The translations under genes and the position numbers were made by a program. A stretch of 42,150 nt of DNA, from IMG/VR virus record IMGVR_UViG_3300031519_000059, positions 1 to 42,150 of that record; one strand, given 5' to 3'. Shown one piece after another: positions 24,041 through 33,224 of this stretch (its first letter is position 1; every line of letters starts with the position of its first letter). A model generated the notes under the pieces. It was not told the DNA's origin, made no database searches, and saw only the letters and a program-made list of their open reading frames with translations. The DNA comes from a virus. Lineage: Duplodnaviria > Caudoviricetes.

Positions 24041-24693
24041 TGTTAGGTACTAGCAATAAAACAGTTTTAGGTGCAGTTCAAGCACAAAATGATGCACAAT
24101 TTAAGAACGTAAATAATTTACTTTCTTTGCAAGATAATCATGTCGAAGAGTTCTTTCAATATCATGGCGAATTGTTCCTAAGAGCATTTGAGAAAATGAT
24201 GGAAGATGTTACTGAAAGAGTTGTAAGTCAAATGCTTGCTAAATTGGCTTTTAAACAAGAGGGTGGTAGACTATCCGTTGATGCAGATTCCTTAAGAGAA
24301 TACGAGAGAATTACACAAGAAAATATAGAACTAGATATACAGCAGATTCTGGCTACTGCTCTTAATTCAGAAGTTATTAATCAAAGAAAGATGGCTAAGC
24401 AACAATATCTTGAGTCTCAAGGATTTAGTGGTGGTGGCATACAACAAATAACACAACCAACCGCAGGTATGGCAGTAGCAGGATTAACAGGACAAACACA
24501 ACAATATCAACAAATGCAAGGAGCAGTAGGTAATGGTTCAGGTTATCCAATCCCTCCATCGGGAACAGATGGATATGGCCGCCCTTACTGGATTGACCAA
24601 CAAGGACAGATGAGTTACGAGCCTCCTCAAAGTGGATTAGGGCTAGGTTCTGCAATCCAAAAGGGTGCTGCATGGGCTAAGTGGTTAATGTGA
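24040..24693 (+). CDS. Helical protein with a Gln/Gly-rich low-complexity region and an amphipathic C-terminus
   Basis: Coupled start; QQ/GG tract; ends GLGSAIQKGAAWAKWLM. Confidence 0.72.
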   Translation: MLGTSNKTVLGAVQAQNDAQFKNVNNLLSLQDNHVEEFFQYHGELFLRAFEKMMEDVTERVVSQMLAKLAFKQEGGRLSVDADSLREYERITQENIELDIQQILATALNSEVINQRKMAKQQYLESQGFSGGGIQQITQPTAGMAVAGLTGQTQQYQQMQGAVGNGSGYPIPPSGTDGYGRPYWIDQQGQMSYEPPQSGLGLGSAIQKGAAWAKWLM

Positions 24694-26631
24694 GTGAGCC
24701 AAATGGTAAACTACAAATTTGAATGGGGCGATAATACCAGTCTTTATATTGACGAAGATAGGCAGAATTTAGTAGATGGAATAAAACAATATCTTTATTC
24801 TGCTGATGATGAAAAAGTTACTGGCCCGATATTAAGCCAAATAAATAGAAACATAGATACTCTTGAGAATAAAGGACAAGAGCAATATTTCTTAGATGAT
24901 GTTTCTGAGATAGTTACGGAACTATTAGAAGAAGATGCTTTAGAATTTCTAAAGTCAAGCGGTGAAGCATATCAATTATATCTAAAAAATATTGGAAAAG
25001 AAGCAGAAGATAAGACTGTTAAGAAATACCAATTGAAGGATTTATTGGATTCTGAGGCTTACAATGATTTGATAGGATGGTCAAATCTAAAATTCGGAAG
25101 AGACATTTCTTTCGATAACCCGAATGTGAATCTCCCTGCTTTTGATTATACTACTTTTTGTAGAGATGCTAAAATTCCTCAATATATAGTAGAAGCAGTT
25201 TACATTCCTATAAGATTAAAAGTCTCTATGAAGTCTAAAGATAATAGACTTAGATTAGAAAAGGCTATAAAAAAGTATTTGGGAGAGAAAAAATCTAAAC
25301 AAAAGTTAAAACAAAAAATAATTAGTTTAATAATTAGACTTTGTGGATTTTCGATATCATGGAATATTAAGGGTGATGAGAAACACCATGCAGAAGTTTT
25401 TCTTCCGCCTAAAAGAGTAGGTGGAAAGGATATTTTTCAGGAACTACAGGATGCTAAAAGAAGAAAAATTAGAAGAGAGAATGTAGGTTCGGGGCAATGG
25501 AGAATGGAAAATAGCGACCCTGTATTCAGTAATGGTACTGTATCAGAAGAAAATGTAGAAATAGACGGGTCTGATTTAGATGTGGATGTATTAGGTTGGT
25601 TTGATGAAAACTTCGATAAGGAAGTTCTTTCTGGTAAAGTAGAATGGGAAATAGAAATAAAAGGAACTGCCATAGAAGATTCTATTGATGAGTATGTTGA
25701 TGGGGATTTTAAAACAGATTATCTCTTAGGAAATATCTCACAGCAAAGAGAATTAGATACTATTTATGCTTTTAAATATAAATTACAATTACTAAGACCT
25801 GCATTTTCTAAAAAAGAAAAGCCTAAAATGAAAGCAGGCCAAGTAGATTATGACAAGGAAGGACTTCCTGTTCCTAAAACCAAAACTTTTCAATCTTCGG
25901 GAATCGCAGGATATAGACTAGAAGAAGGCGACACTCCTATAGGTAAAAATGATTATGCTGAAAAGGGAGAAAGAATTACAATTTATCGTTTAAAGGAAAG
26001 TGCTAGAACACAACGCTCCGCAGATAATAAATTAAATCTCAGAACTAGAATAATGATGCCAGAAGAATATGAGCAATTAAATGAAGGCCAAAGAAAACTA
26101 TATGATGAAACTACTTCTGTTGATTACAAAGGAAACTATATTAAAAAGGGTGCATATAATCGCCTAAATAAAAAAGATAAAGCAGATGCTAGAAAAATAG
26201 AAGTTACTGCTGAAGAATACTCAAAGATGAATTCTTTAAAACAACAGGGGTATAAACCTATATCGGGAGAAAAACAAGTATATCCCGATACTCCTGAAAA
26301 TAGAGAAAGAAATAGAGTAGGGGAACCTAAGATGGTTACAGTTCCTAAAAGAATGGAGCCCGAAGAAGAACCCGAAAAGGAAAATGAAGATAAAGAAACT
26401 GAAGTTAAATCTAAGAAAACTGTAGAAGAAGCATTAGAAGCGGCTAAGGAAACATTAAAAAATTCAAGAATCAAAATAACAAGATACTCTAATAAAATGG
26501 GTAAGTTTGACTTTAGCCCATATTCTAGACAGGGAGAAAGAGAAAACGAACCAATGAGAGAACTGATAAGTGAATTCAGAGCAAATCTAGTTTCTTTAGA
26601 AAGAATAGGAATTAACATAGAGGAAGTTTAA
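24694..26631 (+). CDS. Large hypothetical protein, 645 aa
   Basis: Long ORF; C-terminal short repeats (EEYEQLNEGQRKLY, GAYNRLNKKDKADA, EEYSKMNSLKQQGY). Confidence 0.7.
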   Translation: MSQMVNYKFEWGDNTSLYIDEDRQNLVDGIKQYLYSADDEKVTGPILSQINRNIDTLENKGQEQYFLDDVSEIVTELLEEDALEFLKSSGEAYQLYLKNIGKEAEDKTVKKYQLKDLLDSEAYNDLIGWSNLKFGRDISFDNPNVNLPAFDYTTFCRDAKIPQYIVEAVYIPIRLKVSMKSKDNRLRLEKAIKKYLGEKKSKQKLKQKIISLIIRLCGFSISWNIKGDEKHHAEVFLPPKRVGGKDIFQELQDAKRRKIRRENVGSGQWRMENSDPVFSNGTVSEENVEIDGSDLDVDVLGWFDENFDKEVLSGKVEWEIEIKGTAIEDSIDEYVDGDFKTDYLLGNISQQRELDTIYAFKYKLQLLRPAFSKKEKPKMKAGQVDYDKEGLPVPKTKTFQSSGIAGYRLEEGDTPIGKNDYAEKGERITIYRLKESARTQRSADNKLNLRTRIMMPEEYEQLNEGQRKLYDETTSVDYKGNYIKKGAYNRLNKKDKADARKIEVTAEEYSKMNSLKQQGYKPISGEKQVYPDTPENRERNRVGEPKMVTVPKRMEPEEEPEKENEDKETEVKSKKTVEEALEAAKETLKNSRIKITRYSNKMGKFDFSPYSRQGERENEPMRELISEFRANLVSLERIGINIEEV

Positions 26632-26632
26632 T

Positions 26633-27964
26633 ATGTCAATAACAAACTCTCCAAGTGATTATACTGCTATTGCTCCTAGTTATGGAGATGGTTATGGTTA
26701 TTATACTGATTATAAAGCAGTTGCTGATTTACTGCAACTTCCCCATTTTGACTCTTCTGCTACTTATCCAACAAGAGCAATGGTTGGTTCTATTATTAAA
26801 AGAATAGAAGGAATGGTAGATGATAAAGTTAAGCGTTCTTTTAGACCAATTATAACTCAAAAGGAGTTTCATAACTTTGAATACCGAAATCATCCAGCAT
26901 CAACACTATACGGTGGATATGTAGGTTTTATTCAGTTAAAACAAATGAAAGTTCGTAAAGTAGTTTCTTTGTTAGTTTGGTCGGGAAGCGGATATAAAGA
27001 GATTGCATCTGCTCAAGCAAAAGTTACGCTATTAGAAAACTATAGAGATATGTATTCATTACGTCTTGTATTACCTAATACTGGAGTTTACTTTGAATTA
27101 ATTGCAGAAGATGATAATGAAGAGGTTTCTAATGCTGAGTTTTGTACTACCTTCGGTATTAAAACAACTAATAGTGATTTAACTGCATTAATCAATGAAT
27201 CTTTCCCTTCTACTTCTCTATATACTAGGGCTACTGCTGCTAAGAGCCTTACTGGGAAAAAATCAACTAACGATAGCACTACGAGTTTGGCCGTATCGGA
27301 CTTTTTCTTTGCTCAAAAAGAGGAAGGAAATGGGGCTAACGTTCTCATTTCCTCTCTACTTTCGGGGGATGACGGCGCAGATTGTGTACTCCAAGCACTC
27401 ATAAAACAATCCTGCACTACTGCAAATGCTGATGCTACTTTAACCGTAGCAGATTCATCTAAATTAGAAGTTGGTATGGCTGTAACAGGTACTAATATTG
27501 CATCAGGAACTACTACTATTGTTTCTATCACAGATTCTACTCATGTTGAACTAAGTGCTAATTCAACAGGAGCCGCCACTAATACTATTACATTCACTAC
27601 TACTTCTGGAATACCGACAGTTTGCACACTAAGTAACTTTACAGATAAAGAAGATATGAGAAGAACAGGAGACTACTGGCTATTAAATGAGGAAGGCAGA
27701 ATATTCTTCTTACAAGATTATCCATACCATACTCGCAATTCAATTATTGTTTCTTACATATCAGGAAATGCCAGAGTTCCTTCTGCTATTCATGATGCTA
27801 CTACAAAACTTGTAGCGGCTGAAATACTAAGACATGATGACCAAAGCGTTCTTATTACTGAAACAGGAGCCAATATTGGTACTAAAGAAAAGTATGATAT
27901 TCTTCGTACTGAGGCTATGGAAACTCTAAAGGGCAAAGCAGATATTGTTTATTTGATTGATTAG
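26633..27964 (+). CDS. Head-tail adaptor/connector-like protein with inserted domains
   Basis: N-terminal YTDYKAVADLL...IEGMVD and C-terminal IIVSYISGNARVPSAIHDATTKLVAAEIL, typical of gp6/gp15-like adaptors. Confidence 0.65.
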   Translation: MSITNSPSDYTAIAPSYGDGYGYYTDYKAVADLLQLPHFDSSATYPTRAMVGSIIKRIEGMVDDKVKRSFRPIITQKEFHNFEYRNHPASTLYGGYVGFIQLKQMKVRKVVSLLVWSGSGYKEIASAQAKVTLLENYRDMYSLRLVLPNTGVYFELIAEDDNEEVSNAEFCTTFGIKTTNSDLTALINESFPSTSLYTRATAAKSLTGKKSTNDSTTSLAVSDFFFAQKEEGNGANVLISSLLSGDDGADCVLQALIKQSCTTANADATLTVADSSKLEVGMAVTGTNIASGTTTIVSITDSTHVELSANSTGAATNTITFTTTSGIPTVCTLSNFTDKEDMRRTGDYWLLNEEGRIFFLQDYPYHTRNSIIVSYISGNARVPSAIHDATTKLVAAEILRHDDQSVLITETGANIGTKEKYDILRTEAMETLKGKADIVYLID

Positions 27965-27972
27965 GTGATATT

Positions 27973-28443
27973 ATGTGGAAAAACATATTAAAAACTCCTG
28001 CTAAAGATGTAAGGTATAAAGTTACTCAAGAAGATATTGACGAGATGCGTGAACTTAGAGAATCTGGTAATTCTTATCAGGCTATTGCTAATCATATGGC
28101 TGACAAGGATAAGAAGATTAGCACAGCAACTGTTGTTTATTGGACTAATGAAGAATCGAGAAGAAAACAAAGGGAAAAAAATGCTAAAAGAAGATATGAC
28201 CCTGATTCAGAAGAAAATAGAAGAAGAATTAAGAGAGACATGGATAAGCGAAGAAAGAATTTTGCGGCTGATTCAGAAATGGAAACAAGACATAGGATTC
28301 AAGGTGCTCTTGATGAGAAAAGACACCCAAGACATAGCGTAAAGGTAAATCCTAAATCGGATAAACGTATGAATATAGATAATGCAAGGCGTTTGTTAGA
28401 AAGTGGAAAACTCCAAAGAAAGAATAGAAAGATGAAGGATTAA
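27973..28443 (+). CDS. WxxILK-tagged basic helix-turn-helix protein
   Basis: MWKNILKT; VTQEDIDEMRELRESGNSYQAIA...ISTATVVYW HTH pattern; R/K-rich tail. Confidence 0.7.
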   Translation: MWKNILKTPAKDVRYKVTQEDIDEMRELRESGNSYQAIANHMADKDKKISTATVVYWTNEESRRKQREKNAKRRYDPDSEENRRRIKRDMDKRRKNFAADSEMETRHRIQGALDEKRHPRHSVKVNPKSDKRMNIDNARRLLESGKLQRKNRKMKD

Positions 28444-28444
28444 T

Positions 28445-28657
28445 ATGATAGAAATGAACTTACAAGTCTTCAATGACTTATTAAAAATAGAAAGAGAAAG
28501 ACAACTAGTTATGCAAGACCTCTCACAAAACTTAGGAATAGACATATCATTTAGCGAAGAAGAAATTATGAACAATGCTCTATCCGCTTATGAAAAACAT
28601 ATTGATAAAGAAATAACAAAGGAGGTTGAAGGATGGATGAAGTCTCTCTTCTCATAG
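28445..28657 (+). CDS. Small hypothetical protein (neck region)
   Basis: Compact ORF between the adaptor and tail genes. Confidence 0.6.
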   Translation: MIEMNLQVFNDLLKIERERQLVMQDLSQNLGIDISFSEEEIMNNALSAYEKHIDKEITKEVEGWMKSLFS

Positions 28658-29145
28658 ATTTAATTACTAATAATTGGTCATCTAATGCTTCTGCATTACA
28701 AAGTGCAGGTACTATATCTGCCTCTCATGCAGTTACTCCTGAGGTTATTGACATTAGAAGCATTACAAAAAACAAGGCCGCAAGAGTCGATTTAGGCAGA
28801 TACCCTGCCACTATTGTTGTCTTTGAAGATTCACAAAATTTAGAATATCCGACAATACATTATGACGTTAGAAACGAAACATATTCCTTCACTTTGCATA
28901 TACGAGTGCTACACGATGAACGTTCAGGTTTCGATGCCTCACACGGAAAAGACAGGCTAAGGGCTATATACTTGATACTTCGTAGAGTTCTTGAGAGCAA
29001 ACGAACAGGCTACACCGCAAGTGATGGTTCAAGTTTTAATCAACTATTTGTCGGGTCAAGAAATGAAAGTAATGACAGAGGAAAAAAATTGTTCGGGTAT
29101 AAAGTGACAGTAGAAGCAAAAAAATTCGCATTAACACTCCCTTAG
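28633..29145 (+). CDS. Putative tail terminator/completion protein
   Basis: Position before the tail tube; YPATIVVFE, YSFTLHIRV, ILRRVL pattern; GGAGGT RBS. Confidence 0.55.
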   Translation: MDEVSLLIDLITNNWSSNASALQSAGTISASHAVTPEVIDIRSITKNKAARVDLGRYPATIVVFEDSQNLEYPTIHYDVRNETYSFTLHIRVLHDERSGFDASHGKDRLRAIYLILRRVLESKRTGYTASDGSSFNQLFVGSRNESNDRGKKLFGYKVTVEAKKFALTLP

Positions 29146-29175
29146 TAAGTTTGTAAAAGGAAAGGAGAGAAAAGC

Positions 29176-30816
29176 ATGGCAATAAACACAGATGTATTTT
29201 TAGGAAGCGGAGCGAATTTGGTATTAGTACCTGAAACTGATTTATATATTGGATTAAACGATTCTTCTACTACAAGTACAAGTATTGTAGCAGAAACCGA
29301 CTTTCAAAATAATTATCTTCTAGTAGAGAATATTTACATAGGTTGTACTGTTGATTACTATGTAACTGGTACAACTACTCCTGCTTCTACTCATATTTGT
29401 ACTGGTAACTCCGCTAGTGCTATTACTATCAGTCCTGCTCACGGACATACAGAACAAAATGGAGATTTTATTATAATTAGAAGTTATGGTGCGCCTTGTG
29501 TAGGGCAAAGATATAGTGGTTCTAGCCAAGTTAAAAGACTGAATGCAGATAACTGGTTAGGTATTCTAGAATCTGCTACTTTCCCCGATGTAGAAGTAGA
29601 CCTAAAACAATTAAATCTTAGTTTAGGAACTACTAGAAACAAGACATTCCAATATAAAGCAACAGAAACTGCAAGTGGTGGTAATCTAAATATCGTTGCT
29701 AATCACGGTGCTTTCCTTTATTATGCCTTTGGGAATTGTAGTCATGTTGAATCAACAACTATTGCTGATAACCCAACAAACAGATTAACTGCAAGTGCGG
29801 CAGGGGATGTATATATTGATACAGGAAATGCAGGTGGTGGAGCCGCAAAACGAACAAACCATCTAAATCAGGGGCCAATTTTCTATAAGACAGGATATGC
29901 CGCTACTGGTACGGCTGGAACTGCATTAACTCCTCCTCTTTTGAATCATTTAGATGCACATACCGATGTAGAGCAATTAACAAGACCTAGTATGGATAGT
30001 GATAGACATATTCAACAAGCGATTACATACACATTTACTGAGGCTAATGGAGAAGAATTGCCTTCCTTTGCTTTAGAGCAATCTTTTAGTAAATTAGAAA
30101 CAACCTCGACATTCCAAACTCAAGATTTTGGTGCTGCTACTGAATCACATAACTTTGTCCGTATCGCTAGAGGTAATCGAGTAGAAAGTTTATCTTTAAC
30201 GGCAAATGAGAATGAGGAAATCAAGATGACCCTTAGCCTTAATTCTAGAGCCGTTCACAAACTCAAGACGGATGAGAGATATGAAGCAAGAGGTGGAGCA
30301 GGTCTTGATAATTCTAAATTGTTTAACTTTGAAGATACTAGTGGGGATGGAGAGTTTCTAGAGCCTTTCTTCTTTTCTTCTGGTGCATTTAGTATATTCG
30401 GCGCACAATTCCTAAAGATTAGCAGTCTAACTCTTAATATTAATAATACTCTACAAGATAAGAGATTTGTAGGAATTGGAAGCAAGCAAATTAAAAGTGC
30501 TATTCCTTCTGAAAGAACTTATGAACTGAGTTTTACTGCAATGGTTACGGATAACGCACTCTTTGAAGAACTATTTAATGCTACAGAAGCAACAGGGGAA
30601 AGTGTAGTAACAGACGGAAGTTCAAATGGGCTTATTGAATTACTATTTGAAAAGAGTAATGAAGAACAAATTAAACTTCACTTCAAAGACTATCATATCA
30701 AGACGGCTAACTTTACAGTTCCTGATGATAAGGGAGTAATTACCGTAGAAGCAACTGTCTCTCCTAGAAATCTACATCTATGTGAAGTCAAGACTCATTG
30801 GGTTCTACAGGGGTGA
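29176..30816 (+). CDS. Putative tail tube (major tail) protein with extra domains
   Basis: ELPSFALEQ, GNRVESLSLT, ISSLTLNINNTL, RTYELSFT motifs typical of tail tube proteins; upstream of chaperone and tape measure genes. Confidence 0.7.
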   Translation: MAINTDVFLGSGANLVLVPETDLYIGLNDSSTTSTSIVAETDFQNNYLLVENIYIGCTVDYYVTGTTTPASTHICTGNSASAITISPAHGHTEQNGDFIIIRSYGAPCVGQRYSGSSQVKRLNADNWLGILESATFPDVEVDLKQLNLSLGTTRNKTFQYKATETASGGNLNIVANHGAFLYYAFGNCSHVESTTIADNPTNRLTASAAGDVYIDTGNAGGGAAKRTNHLNQGPIFYKTGYAATGTAGTALTPPLLNHLDAHTDVEQLTRPSMDSDRHIQQAITYTFTEANGEELPSFALEQSFSKLETTSTFQTQDFGAATESHNFVRIARGNRVESLSLTANENEEIKMTLSLNSRAVHKLKTDERYEARGGAGLDNSKLFNFEDTSGDGEFLEPFFFSSGAFSIFGAQFLKISSLTLNINNTLQDKRFVGIGSKQIKSAIPSERTYELSFTAMVTDNALFEELFNATEATGESVVTDGSSNGLIELLFEKSNEEQIKLHFKDYHIKTANFTVPDDKGVITVEATVSPRNLHLCEVKTHWVLQG

Positions 30817-30821
30817 TTTAC

Positions 30822-30917
30822 TTGGATAAATACGAAAAGGCTAGAATGGTCGAAGCGGCTAAGAAGGTCAAGAAGGAGACCCCTAAAAAGAAACCCAAAT
30901 CTAAGTTAGCAGAATAA
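30822..30917 (+). CDS. 31-aa Lys-rich peptide (not in the ORF track)
   Basis: TTG start after GGGGTGA; MDKYEKARMVEAAKKVKKETPKKKPKSKLAE. Confidence 0.4.
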   Translation: MDKYEKARMVEAAKKVKKETPKKKPKSKLAE

Positions 30918-30969
30918 TATTCCACCAACACCGTTTGTTTGTTTGTTGGTATTAAAGGTGGATGAAATT

Positions 30970-31332
30970 ATGGAAAAGAAAATTGTAACCGATAAGAACG
31001 TGCTATTTGCACTAACAGAGCCCACGCTACATTATATCAAAGTAGCACCCGAAAGCGAAGAATATCTCAAGGTCTGGGTTAAAGAACCTACATGGCTTGA
31101 GGTTGATAAAGCCGTTAATAGCGTCATGAAGATTGATGCAAAGCGACAAGATATGGAATTAGACCTAAATGGAATGTTTAGATTTATGGTCGAGAATTTC
31201 ATTGTAAAGACCGAACCTAGTTTAAGTGCGGTTGATATCCTAAGACTTACTCCTTATGTTGGTAATCAAATAAAAGAGATTTTACCAAACCCATTCACAG
31301 CATTTGAAGAGGATGCAGAAAAAAACGATTAG
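30970..31332 (+). CDS. Tail assembly chaperone (lambda gpG analogue)
   Basis: ATG 30970 after AGGTGGA; lies between tail tube and tape measure genes; ends in a slippery heptamer. Confidence 0.75.
   Translation: MEKKIVTDKNVLFALTEPTLHYIKVAPESEEYLKVWVKEPTWLEVDKAVNSVMKIDAKRQDMELDLNGMFRFMVENFIVKTEPSLSAVDILRLTPYVGNQIKEILPNPFTAFEEDAEKND
31320..31326 (+). promoter_or_regulatory. Programmed -1 ribosomal frameshift site A AAA AAC
   Basis: X XXY YYZ heptamer in frame two codons before TAG; the -1 frame is open and continues into ORF 31332..31541. Confidence 0.75.
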
Positions 31333-31541
31333 TGAGAGGGGCGATTAGAGGTGGAAAAACTAATCCACAAACTGCTTCTCTCATTGTTGTTTACTCTTTA
31401 TCAAAGGCACTCGGCATCAGTCCTTTGGAAGTATATAAGATGCCTATGACATTAGTAAAGGACTTATTATCGGTGCATCAACAGATAGAATTATTACAGG
31501 CGGAAGAACTAGATAGGAATATCAAGAAGGCGAAGGTGTAG
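31332..31541 (+). CDS. Frameshift extension of the tail chaperone (gpT analogue)
   Basis: In the -1 frame of the upstream ORF; no obvious RBS of its own; LSKALGISPLEVYKMP resembles gpT-like segments. Confidence 0.7.
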   Translation: MRGAIRGGKTNPQTASLIVVYSLSKALGISPLEVYKMPMTLVKDLLSVHQQIELLQAEELDRNIKKAKV

Positions 31542-31543
31542 TT

Positions 31544-33214
31544 ATGGCGACCCCAATGGAGAGAGATGCTAAAAAACGTCTAAAGATGTTAGAAGGCTAT
31601 AAACTCGCAGTTGCTCAACTTAACGTAGTTGTTCCTACTTTAACAAAAGCGCAGAAGGCTCAAGCAAAGCAACAACAGAAGGAAACTAGAAATCTAAAAG
31701 CCAATGCAAAGGCACTATTGGATAGCGGTAAAGCCTTTACTCGTCGTTCAGCAATTGTAAAGGCCGCCGCTAAGGAAACTGGCGGCGCACTAAATTTAGG
31801 TATAGAATCATTTAGAAATTATAAAGAAGCAGGCGGCACAACTTTTGAATATATGGCTATGTTTCTTTCAGGACAAAGCGAGCAATTAAGAGTATTTGGT
31901 TTTGAAGTTTCTAGTCTTAGAAGAATAGCGTTTGGTTTCTTACCTGCTGGAACCTTTAGAGCCTTCAATAAAATGGCTACTCTATTAAATGGTATGGGAA
32001 GCGCATTAAGAGTTGTTAGAAAAGAATCTACTGGTGCAAAAAGTAGTCTTGGGAAACAAGGGCTTTTTGGTTTATTTGATGAATCTGATAATTTATTTGC
32101 TAAAGCAAGAGCAAATAGACAAACAGCGAAAGGTTTACTTTCTAGAGGTACTGCTCCTCAAGGAAGCCCACTATCTTCTTCTTATGTAAGAGGGGATTTG
32201 GATTATCAAATGGGTGTAACGTACCAAAATCTTGCCGATAAGCAAAGACTGGGCGGAATTAAGGGATATGCCAATGTTGCTACTGCTAGTGCATTTAGCG
32301 GATTAGGTAAAACTAAACCTAAATCATTCGCTGAAACTCCTTTAGGAAAAGCGATTTTTGGCATAGTCAAGGGTGCTAGGTTATTCTTTTCTATGTCATT
32401 CACAAAACTATTCAAAATGGCGGCAGGTTTTGTAATAAAAAGCGCAATCATATTCTTTAGATTTACACTACTAGCATCAGTAGCACTTATGGGATTATTC
32501 GCCGCATTTATGATACTTAAACCCGCTTTAATGGCGGCTTGGGATTTTATGAGTGCTGTAATTGGCCCATTCTTAGGATTTATAGCAGAAGGATTTATGG
32601 ATATATGGGATGGTATTCAGGAAATATATCAAGGGTTTGTAGAAGGTGATTTGTTTGCAGTTATCGGCGGCGTTTGGACTATTGCTTGGGGTCTATTACA
32701 AGTAGCACTTGCGGCATTAGTTGGATTGCTCGCCGTCGCTTTTGCCTTTATAGGTGGATTAGTTTGGGGAGCCATAACAGGATTTATTGATTATATATTT
32801 GACTTTAGCGGAGGAATAATGAATAATTTAGATAAGATAGTTGTAATGGCGGCTGTAGTTCTAGGACTTATCTTTGGTTTCCCTGTTGTCTTTGCATTAG
32901 CGGTAGTTACTGCGATAGGCGTACTTCTCAGTAAGATTGGGCTATTTGCAGATGGTGGTGTAACTGGTGGCGGTGTATCAATCGTTGGGGAGAAAGGCCC
33001 CGAATTAGTTAGATTACCTGCGGGTTCTAGAGTTTCTTCTGCACAAAAGACTAGAACTATGTTAAGTTCTAATAATTCAGGTGGCAATACTTTCAATATT
33101 ACAATCAATGCTAAAGATACTTCTGATGGGGAGATGAGAAGAATTGCAGATAAGATTGGTAAAATGATTAACAACAAGATTAACAGAAATGTGGGAGCAT
33201 CTTCCATAAGATGA
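31544..33214 (+). CDS. Tape measure protein
   Basis: Ala/Gly-rich helical N-terminal part, long hydrophobic stretch, C-terminal FADGG...VGEKGPELV and NTFNITIN motifs. Confidence 0.82.
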   Translation: MATPMERDAKKRLKMLEGYKLAVAQLNVVVPTLTKAQKAQAKQQQKETRNLKANAKALLDSGKAFTRRSAIVKAAAKETGGALNLGIESFRNYKEAGGTTFEYMAMFLSGQSEQLRVFGFEVSSLRRIAFGFLPAGTFRAFNKMATLLNGMGSALRVVRKESTGAKSSLGKQGLFGLFDESDNLFAKARANRQTAKGLLSRGTAPQGSPLSSSYVRGDLDYQMGVTYQNLADKQRLGGIKGYANVATASAFSGLGKTKPKSFAETPLGKAIFGIVKGARLFFSMSFTKLFKMAAGFVIKSAIIFFRFTLLASVALMGLFAAFMILKPALMAAWDFMSAVIGPFLGFIAEGFMDIWDGIQEIYQGFVEGDLFAVIGGVWTIAWGLLQVALAALVGLLAVAFAFIGGLVWGAITGFIDYIFDFSGGIMNNLDKIVVMAAVVLGLIFGFPVVFALAVVTAIGVLLSKIGLFADGGVTGGGVSIVGEKGPELVRLPAGSRVSSAQKTRTMLSSNNSGGNTFNITINAKDTSDGEMRRIADKIGKMINNKINRNVGASSIR

Positions 33215-33224
33215 GGTGAGTAAA

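Noticed and set aside
14045-24620. Exact 17-bp repeat GGACAGATGAGTTACGA at 14045-14061 and 24604-24620
   Set aside because: Only two copies, both within coding sequence (GQMSY); one match of this length is plausible by chance in 42 kb of biased sequence
29176-30816. 546-aa protein as a contractile tail sheath
   Set aside because: Motifs fit a tail tube fold with added domains; no separate tube gene or baseplate wedge genes were recognised
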